Origin: Octopus vulgaris | Taxonomy: Eukaryota | Length of the DNA: 64,000 nt | Reading direction: 5' to 3' | NCBI GenBank assembly: GCA_951406725.2 | Contig: OX597836.1 | Span: 17,050,001 to 17,114,000 of the forward strand | Shown: piece after piece, positions 53,720 through 64,000 of the stretch | Position numbering within the stretch: position 1 is the first letter of the stretch | Layout: each line of letters opens with the position of its first letter | Notes under the pieces: generated by a model | Database searches by the model: none | Told to the model about the DNA's origin: nothing | Seen by the model: only the letters and a program-made list of their open reading frames with translations | Position numbers and translations under genes: made by a program

Positions 53720-54755
53720 AGCGTGTGTGTGTGTGTACATGTATGCATGTGTGTGTGTGTGCGTGTGTATGTATGTGTGTGTGTTTGTATGTACGTTTGT
53801 TTATGTATGTATGCATGCATACGTACAGGTATGTATGTATGCATGTAGTATGCATGCATGTATGCATGTATGTATGTATGTATGTATGTATGTATGTATG
53901 TATGTATGTATGTATGTATGCAGGTTCGTATGTATGTATGCATGCATGTATGCACGTATGAATGTATGTATGATTGTATGCACTCATGCTTGCGCGCATG
54001 TATGTATATATGTGTGTGTATGCATGTATGTATGTATGAATGTATGCATGCATGCATGTATCATATGTGTATGTATTTATATATGTGTGTGTATATATAT
54101 ATATACATGTATGTGTGTATATGTATGTAAGTATTTATCGATGGATGTGTGTGTATGTATGTATGTATGTATGTATGTATGTATGTATGCATGTGTGCAG
54201 ATTTGTATGTATGTATGTATGTATGTATGTATGTATGTATGTATGTATGTGTGTATATATGTATCTAAGGATGGATAGATAGATGGTTGGACGGATGTGT
54301 TTGTATATATGCATGAATGCATGCATGCATGCATGTATGTATGTATGTGTGTATGAATATCTGTCTGTCTGTCTGTCTATATGTATGTATGTATGTATAT
54401 GTATGCATTTATGTATGTGTTTTTGTGTATGTATGTATGTATGTATGTATGTATGTATGTATGTATGAATCTCTATGTATGTATGTCTGTCCATATGTCT
54501 GTCTGTCTGTCTGTCTGTATGTATTACGTATGTATGTATGTATGTATGTGTGTGTATGTATGTATGTATGTATGTATGTATGTATGTATGTATGTATGTA
54601 TGTATGTATGTATGTATGTATGTATGTATGTATATATGTCTGTACGTGTGTATGAATGTATGTCTGTATGTATGTACGTACGTACGTATGTTTGTATGCA
54701 TGTATGGCTGTATGTATGTATGAATGTATGCATGTATGCATGTATGGCTGTATGC
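53720..54755. repeat. Degenerate (TATG)n/(TG)n compound microsatellite
   Basis: Seen directly. Confidence 0.95.
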
Positions 54756-56925
54756 ATCCCCCCATTCCTCCATGGCGAGGATGTAGCCGACATCGCCGCG
54801 CGTTATGGTGATCGTGATATTGGTTAAGGCGGTGGTTAAGGCGGTGGTGGTGGTGGCAATCGTTGAGACAAAATAGAAATGATGAGAGGAGCAGATGTGA
54901 ACGGATCGGGTTTTGTTGGAGTATGAAGTGAGCAGTAGTAGTAGTAGGAGTAGTAGTAGATGTTGTTGGGGTATTGTTGGTGTTGGTGTTGGTGATGGTG
55001 ATGGTGATGGTGGTAATTGCAGCCACAGTAGTTGTGCTGGTGGCGGTGGCGGTGGTAGTAGTGGGGTAGGTGATGGTGGTGGTGGTGAAAGTGATAGTAA
55101 TAGTAGTAGTACTAGTTGTGATGGCGTTGGTACTAGTAGTGTTGAAGCAGTAAAGAGAGAGAGAGAGAGACTGGGAGAGTGGGGGGGGAAGAGAGAGAGA
55201 GAGAGAGAGACTGGGAGAGTGAGGAGAAGAGAGAGAGAAAGACTGGGAGAGTGAGGGGAAGAGAGAGACTGAGAGAGAGAGAGAGAGAGAGAGAGTGAGA
55301 GAGAGAGTGAGAGAGAGAAGTCTGAAACTGACCTGGAGTAGAGAAACTGACCTGTTATGGAAGAGGTCGCGAATAGCGGTAAAAGGTCTTCGAAAAATAT
55401 AACTGAATGATCAATCGAATGATTAATCAAACAACTAATTAGTTAATTGATTAAATAGTTAATCAACTGACGAATAATAAAGAAGTGAAATAGAACCAGT
55501 GCATGTATTTATTATTGGCATAACGACCCCACCCCAAATACAACGTAATCTGTTGTAGACTGGGAGAGTGCGGGGAAGAGAGAGAGAGAGAGAGAGAGGG
55601 TGAGATGTCGAGTGAGAGTGTGAAAATGGGAGTATTGGTCCGGAATGGTAAGGATCCTGTTGCTTTGCCTGTCATTCTTTCGGGGTCGATAAAATAATTA
55701 CCTGTGAAGCACTGGGGTTGATATAATCGACTAATCCCCTCCCCTCCCACCAAATTTCAGGCTTTGATCCTATAGTAGAAAGAATTTATGCCGGGGTCGG
55801 ATTTCACCTCTGTACTACAGATACCATAAACACAAAGCCTGAAATTTTAAGGGAAGATGCTAGTTGATTACTATGACCCCAGTGTTCAACTGGTACTTAT
55901 TTTATCGAACCCGAAAGGATGAAATGCAAGGTCGACCGCTGTGGAATTTGAACTCAGAACGGACGAAATGCCGCTAAGCATATTGCCCGGCTTGCTAACG
56001 ATTCTATTTCTTTACTACCCACAAGGGGCTACACACATAGGGGACAAACAAGGACTGACAAACGGCTTCAGTCGATTGCATCGACCCCAGTGCGTAACTG
56101 GTACTTAATTTATCGACCCCGAAAGGATGAAAGGCAAAGTCGACCTCGGCGGAATTCGAACTCAGAACGCAATGGCAGACGAAATACGGCTACGCATTTC
56201 GCCCGGCTCGCTAACGATTCTGCCAGCACTGATGTAGTACGAAGCAGCGGCTGTCATGACTTCTGATCTTAACTGGTTGGAAGTGTTATCATGTACATAT
56301 TTTGTCTTAATGTAAAAGATGGGCTACAGCAAATATTCTGCTCAATACCACAGATTTCATGTCATTTGTTTGACCTTAGTGGCACGAGAAGTAATAAGGG
56401 ATCATCATAGCCATGTGTTGAGAGGAATTCTTTAAGGTTTGAGTAATTCACCTCTCAAAACATGGGTGTTCCGTTCATCACCCTTAAACAAACCTTATTC
56501 AAGGATCTTTTGAGCGGGATGGGCTGGCCTGAAGCAAATTTTAACTGGGCCCCACCTGCGAGGTCATGCGCTGTTTATCTTGATATGAGATCACCATATC
56601 GTGCACAAATAGTTGTGATGCATGTCTGGTGTATCTTTATTGGCAGGTAGTCATGATGAATGTATAGCACACGGAATACAACACGAAAAGACTGAAAAGT
56701 GAACTTTAAAAGAGCCACAGGAAAGGGTGCATAGGCGTGTGAGGGCTAATGTTGGCGAATTTAGGGAAGCATGGAATTTTTTAAGGACGCAGTGTCCTGA
56801 CAGTTAACAATGGATACTGGTTCCCGGTTTAGTCCCACTGCATGGCACCTTGGGCAAGTATATATATATATATATATATATATATACAAAAAAAAAAAAT
56901 ATATATACACAAATATGTATGTCTA

Positions 56926-56970
<45 letters not shown>

Positions 56971-57616
56971 ATGTATGTATGTATGTATGTATGTATGTAT
57001 CTGGCGAGCTGGCAGAAACGTTAGCACGCCGGGCGAAATGCGTAGCCGTATTTCGTCTGCCGTTACGTTCTGAGTTCAAATTCCGCCGAGGTCGACTTTG
57101 CCTTTCATCCTTTCGGGGTCGATAAATTAAGTACCAGTTCACTGGGGTCGATGCAATCGACTTAATCCGTTTGTCTGTCCTTGTTTGTCCCCTCTGTGTG
57201 TAGCCCCTTGTGGGTAGTAAAGAAATATATCTATCTAACATACATATAAGAGGGATGACCATTTAGGGTACATCCATTATGCTAGAAGTCTTACCACTGT
57301 GAAAGGAATGTTCTCAAGAAAATTTAGCAAACGCCAGAACGTAAGCGAGTAAGACAAATGAAAAGATACAAAATATACAGATTAATCACAAACCAGGCGT
57401 TTGCTAAAATTTCCTGAGAACATTCCTTTCTTAGTGGTAAGACCATAGGGAGTCGACTTCTAGCATAATGGATGTCCACTTAGTGGTCAACCTCCTCTTA
57501 TATGTATGTAATATAATTTTTCTGAATCTTCAGATTTCTCTATATGCTAGACAACTGGTTTTAAATTGATATTAATCAAATTAATATCCAATTTCCCCCC
57601 TTATTATTTTAAATAA

Positions 57617-57654
<38 letters not shown>

Positions 57655-57953
57655 CGGTGTGATTGTGTGTGTGTATGTGTGTGTATGAGTGTCTGTGTCT
57701 CCCACCACTGCTTGACAACCAGTGTTGGTGTGTTTGCATCCACGTAACTTAGCGATTCAGCAAAAGTGACTGATAAAATAAGCATCAGGATTAAAAAAAA
57801 ATTGAGATGTGAATTTGTTGGTATGGCTGTTTGATATACTGCAGACCATTGAATACACTCATGAGATCCCTGCTGTTTCTAGCACATTACACGACCACGT
57901 CGACGAGCTCCTTTTGAGCTGGTTTAGAAGAGATTAAGACAGCCGTGAAATGA

Positions 57954-58186
57954 AGGCAGCGAGCTGGCAGAACCGTTAGGACGCCGGGCGGAATGCGTCG
58001 CCGTATTTCGTCTGCCGTTACGTTCTGAGTTCAAATTCCGCCGAGGTCGACTTTGCCTTTCATCCTTTCGGGGTCGATAAATTAAGTACCAGTTACGCAC
58101 TGGGGTCGATGTAATCGACTTAATCTCTTTGTCTGTCCTTGTTTGTCCCCTCTATGTTTAGCCCCTTGTGGGTAATAAAGAAATAA
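57954..58186 (+). mobile_element. SINE family B with ~17-bp TSD; other copies at ~3514-3748, 8952-9100, 11335-11545(-), 12515-12780(-), 15787-16348(-, tandem partials), 19210-19440, 25391-25578, 43780-44200, 55820-56228(-), 57002-57227
   Basis: ggcgagctggcagaa...gagttcaaattcc (B-box), conserved centre gtcgactttgcctttcatcctttcggggtcgataaattaagtaccag, TSD taagacagccgtgaaat on both sides. Confidence 0.9.
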
Positions 58187-58827
58187 GACAGCCGTGAAAT
58201 AACGAAATATTTACTGAGCGTGTGAGTACTTTTAGACGAATAAAGGATACCAAAAAAGGTTAGAGGTAAACATATCAGTAAAATTACACAAATTGAGAAC
58301 CAAATGTGTAAATATCATTTAGGGAAAGGCACGAAACTATCCGGAGATCAATCTTAAATGCGCCTGTCTTAAATGGACGTCCGTTGGATGTAGTCTTGCA
58401 CAACGTAGGGAGTTATCTCCCTTACATACATACATACCGTCCTTTAATCCAAATACATTCAACAGGCGAGCGTAACGCAATTGAGTGGTAGGAGAATAAA
58501 CTATGTAGAATCTGTCTGACTGGCTGGCTGCCTGTCTCCCCCCTCTCTACTCTTTCTCTCTCTCCCTCCCTCTCTCTATGTACATAAGTCTGTGTATATG
58601 TGCAACTGTGTGTGCATGAATGAGTTGTATGTATACTCTTTTACTTGTTTCAGTCATTTGACTGCGGCCATGCTGGAGCACCGCCTTTAGTCGAGCAAAT
58701 CGACCCCGGGACTTATTCTTTGTAAGACCAGTACTTATTCTATCGGTCTCTTTTGCCGAACCGCTAGATGACGGGGACGTAAACACACCAGCATCGGTTG
58801 TCAAGCAATGCTAGGGGACAAACACAA

Positions 58828-58872
<45 letters not shown>

Positions 58873-59035
58873 CGACAGGCTTCTTTCAGTTTCCGTCTAC
58901 CAAATCCACTCACAAGGCATTGAACGGCCCGGGGCTATAGCAGAAGACACTTGCCGAAGATGCCACGCAGTGGGACTGAACCCGGAACGATGTGGTTGGT
59001 TAGCAAGGTACTTACCACACAGCCACTCCTGCGCC

Positions 59036-59067
<32 letters not shown>

Positions 59068-59093
59068 TGTATGTATGTATGTATGTATGTATG

Positions 59094-59132
<39 letters not shown>

Positions 59133-59436
59133 ATGTATGTATGTATGAATGAGTGCATATATATGCATGTGTATATATGTGTCTATATGTATATAAATAT
59201 AAATATATATATGTATATATTTATGTGTATATTTATGCATATATACATATATATATATACATAGGCGAAGGAGTGGCTGTGTGGTAAGTAACTTACTTAC
59301 CAACCACATGGTTCCGGGTTCAGTCCCACTGCATGGCACCTTGGGCAAGTGTCTTCTACTATAGCCTCGGGTCGACCAAAGCCTTGTGAGTGGATTTGGT
59401 AGACGGAAACTGAAAGAAGCCCGTCGTATATATGTA

Positions 59437-59561
<125 letters not shown>

Positions 59562-59854
59562 TTGATAACCGATGCGTCTCCGTAACCTAGCGGTTCGGCA
59601 AAAGAGGCCGATCGAATAAGTCCTGGGGTCGATTTGCTCGACTAAAGGCGGTGCGCCAGCATGGCCACAGTCAAATGACCGAAACAAGTAAAAGACTAAA
59701 AGAGTAAGAGAGGTTCAGGAGTGACTGTGTAGTAAGAAGCCTGCTTCCCAACCATATGGTTCTGAGTTCAGTCCCACTGCGTGGCACCTTGGGCAAGTGT
59801 CTTCTACTATAGTTACGGGTCGACTAAAGTCTTGCGAGTGCATTTGGTAGATTT

Positions 59855-59907
<53 letters not shown>

Positions 59908-60092
59908 CCAACTACACTTGACAACCAATGCTGGTGTATTTACGTCCCCGTAACTTAGCGGCTCGGCACGAGAGTCCGATAGAATAAGTACTAGGCTTAC
60001 AAAGAATAAGTTCTAGGGTCGATTTGCTAAAGGCGGTGCTCCAGCATGGCCGCAGTCAAATGACTGAAACAAAAAAAAAAAACAAAAGAATA

Positions 60093-60153
60093 TATGTACG
60101 TACGTATGTATGTATGTATGTATGTATGTATGTATGTATGTATGTATGTATGT

Positions 60154-60188
<35 letters not shown>

Positions 60189-60770
60189 GATGTATGTATG
60201 TATGTATGTATGTATGTATGTATGTATGCATGTATGTATGTGTGTGTGTGTGTGTGTGAGTGTATGTATGTATGGATGTATGCATGTATGTATGTATGTA
60301 TGTATGCATGTATGTATGTATGTATGTATGTATGTATGTATGTGTGTGTGTATGTATGTATGTATGCATGTATGTATGCATGTATGCATGTATGTATGTA
60401 TGTATGTATGTATGCATGTATGTATGTATGTATGTATGTATGTATGTATGTATGTATGTATGTATGTATGTATGTATGTATGTATGTATGTATGCATGTA
60501 TGTATGTGTGTGTGTGTGTGTGAGTGTATGTATGTATGGATGTATGCATGTATGTATGTATGTATGTATGTATGCATGTATGTATGTATGTATGTATGTA
60601 TGTATGTGTGTGTGTATGTATGTATGTATGCATGTATGTATGCATGTATGCATGTATGTATGTATGTATGTATGTATGCATGTATGTATGTATGTATGTA
60701 TGTATGTATGTATGTATGTATGTATGTATGTATGTATGTTTGTATGTATGTATGAATGTATGTGTGTGTG
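60093..60770. repeat. (TATG)n microsatellite with a higher-order ~265-bp duplication
   Basis: Variant pattern gtgtgagtgtatgtatgtatggatgtatgcatg recurs at ~60255 and ~60520. Confidence 0.9.
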
Positions 60771-61192
60771 TGCGCGTACGTATTTGTATATATAAGTGGG
60801 CCAAAAGTTACGCATCAAAACAGTTGATATTTTATTTATATTACATTATCATTATATATTCATTTTGTACGTGTATACTTTGGTCCCACCGTGTATACAC
60901 ACACACGCACACACATGCACACACACACGCACACACTCACACACACACGCACACACACATACACACGCATACACGTATTGAATTAAGATTTGTCAAAATC
61001 AAGTGTGGAAAGCAGCATCACATGAATAAAGAGAGAGGAAAAAAATCGTAAATGATACCCGAAAAAACGATATATAGTGTGAGTGTGTTTAGTTGAAAAA
61101 AAAAAAAAAATTACCATCCCGAAATACAATATCGATTTCGACACAATTTCACACCAATAATCTTGCAACACAAATTGATAAGCGTATATATA

Positions 61193-61276
<84 letters not shown>

Positions 61277-61645
61277 AGAATAAGTACTGGGCTTACAAAA
61301 GAATAAGTCCCGGGGTCGAGTTGCTCGATTAAAGGCGGTGCTCCAGCATGGCCGCAGTCAAATGACTGAAACAAGTAAAAGAGCAAAGAGTATATATATA
61401 TATATATGCATATATGCATATATATATATATGTATATTTATATATATATATATATATTATATATATATATGTATATTATATAAAAGGGCCTTACCCCCAA
61501 ACTTTTGTGAGTTGAATTAAGCAAACACTATATATGAGAGAGATTTTTTCTTTAAGTATTAGAAATAGCTTTAAAAAAGTTTTTTAGCTGCTATTTCTAA
61601 TGAGTTCAGTATGCGGCAAAGTAATTTATTTTACTAAGCTCCTTT

Positions 61646-61697
<52 letters not shown>

Positions 61698-61800
61698 GGA
61701 TAAATAAACAAATATATAAATATATCTGTCACATACCTGGGATAAATATAAGATATAGAGATAGATAAAATAAATAAATCTATATAAAGGGCATGGATAT

Positions 61801-62186
61801 GGTGGAAGCACTCCGTCGGTTACGACGGCGAGGGTTCCGGTTGATCCGAATCAACGGAACAGCCTGCTCGTGAAATTAACGTGTAAGTGGCTGAGCACTC
61901 CACAGACACGTGTATCCTTAACGTAGTTCTCGGGGATATTCAGCGTGACACAGAAAGTGACAAGGCCGACCCCTTGAAATACAGGTACAACAGAAACAGG
62001 AAGTAAGAGTGAGAGAAAGTTGTGGTGAAAGTGTACAGCAGGGATCACCACCATCCCCTGCCGGAGCCTCGTGGAGCTTTAGGTGTTTTCGCTCAATAAA
62101 CACTCACAACGCCCGGTCTGGGAATCGAAACCGCGATCCTATGACCGCGAGTCCGCTGCCCTAACCACTGGGCCATTGCGCCTCCA
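61801..62186 (-). mobile_element. SINE family C, same head as 27324 but a different 3' tail
   Basis: Reverse complement matches 27324-27490 closely, then diverges into another tail ending gacggagtgcttcca. Confidence 0.8.
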
Positions 62187-62618
62187 AAAACGTAATAAGA
62201 AAATATATAAATGGATAAATAAACAAATATATATATATCTGTCACATACCTGGGATGAATATAAGATATAGAGATAGATAAAAATAAATAAATTTATATA
62301 AAAGGCATGGATATATACAACCTACGAAGCGAACCCGTACACACCCACAAACACATACAAAAGATTTCACGGACGGCCACAACAATGTCAACAACACGAT
62401 TAATAACGACAGCAGCAGCGGCGGTGACAACGATAGCAATAACAACAGAAACAACTACCACGATGGCAACACCGTGGGCGAATACACGAACACAGAGGGA
62501 TACGGGAATTTTACCGTATGTTCGGGTCTTAGGACAGCAGCAGCACAAAGGAGTGAGAGGATGGGGCTGCTGAGGGGGAAGGCCACACTGCTGCTAAAAA
62601 CTATGACATGTACACAAG

Positions 62619-62729
<111 letters not shown>

Positions 62730-63039
62730 ACACACACACACACATATAAGGATACACATCTTAGAAGAACATAATGGAGTAAGTGGAGCAAAAACACACA
62801 TACGAAAATGAAAAGTGCAGCCGAAGAGGTCACAGGTGTGTGACGAAAAATTTCCGGACAGTGGACATGAGTTAAAATAATAAAATAAGAATAAGAACAG
62901 TAATAAACGAGCGAAGAAAACGATATATAGTGTGGGTGTGTATATTTGAAAAAAAAAAAAAAAAAATTACCATCCCGAAATACAATATCGATTTCGACAC
63001 AATTTCACACCAATAATCTTGCAACACAAATTGATAAGC

Positions 63040-63136
<97 letters not shown>

Positions 63137-63164
63137 TGTATCTATGTATGTATGTATGTATGTA

Positions 63165-63238
<74 letters not shown>

Positions 63239-63299
63239 TGTATGTATGTATATATTTATTTATACATATGTCTTCTTGACACCATTATCTCGCATAACC

Positions 63300-63380
<81 letters not shown>

Positions 63381-63397
63381 GTATGTGTGTGCCTATA

Positions 63398-63457
<60 letters not shown>

Positions 63458-64000
63458 CATACATATATGTATATATGCGTATGTGTGTGTGTATTTTACA
63501 TTTATACATCCTTGACTGTTGTTTACTGATCTCCCCGGGGCTAAATGCAACACTATGCGCCAATGTCTGTGATCATGCGCCAGTCAACTCATCTCTAGGG
63601 GCAATACTATAGCAGCAGCAGCAGTAGTAGTAGTAGCAGTAGTAGTGGTGGTAGTGGTAGTGATGGTGGTCGTGGTAGTCGTAGTGGTGCTGGTGCTGGT
63701 AGTGGTTATGGTGGTGGTGGTGGTGGTTGTGTAGCAGTAGTCGTAATAGCATTCGTAGTTTAGCCCCAGGTCAGCAGACTGAAGAGATAAAAATCTCTTT
63801 AAGTCGTGATCATCCCGTATTTTCATCTCCCCCACCCCTTTAGCCCTCCTCCGTTTATCTTCTAATGTCCCCACCCCACCCACACCCCCACCACCGCTGC
63901 TGTCAGCGTATCTAATTAAGTGTCCTTCCTGTTCGACGATGGTTAGATGTATTTCAAGTGGGACCCGGGGTGATGTTTTTAGCAAGTTGAATGAGAGCAC

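Overview
Eukaryotic, AT-rich, microsatellite-saturated animal DNA. The SINE/LINE content and (TA)n/(CA)n/(TATG)n load point to a coleoid cephalopod, most likely Octopus (inference). Only one protein-coding gene is clear: an RBM25 homolog (splicing factor; RRM, RE/RS-rich region, PWI domain) on the minus strand at 33562-36348. Its 928-codon CDS has no introns, but a canonical 274-nt 5'UTR intron precedes it. About 2 kb upstream lies a CpG-rich promoter-like region with an overlapping ETS-CRE motif. The rest is transposon debris: at least three tRNA-derived SINE families, RTE-clade LINE 3' ends, a HERO-like LINE end, two decayed mariner elements, MITEs of piggyBac, mariner and Merlin-like type, a Helitron-like end, and Penelope-like remnants with minimal hammerhead-ribozyme motifs inside (TA)n tracts. 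Notable structural features are a ~400-bp near-perfect fold-back palindrome inside a mariner, several inverted pLTR-like hairpins, and a left/right contrast in CpG decay of the same repeat families. Nearly all other ORFs in the track are microsatellite or SINE artefacts.
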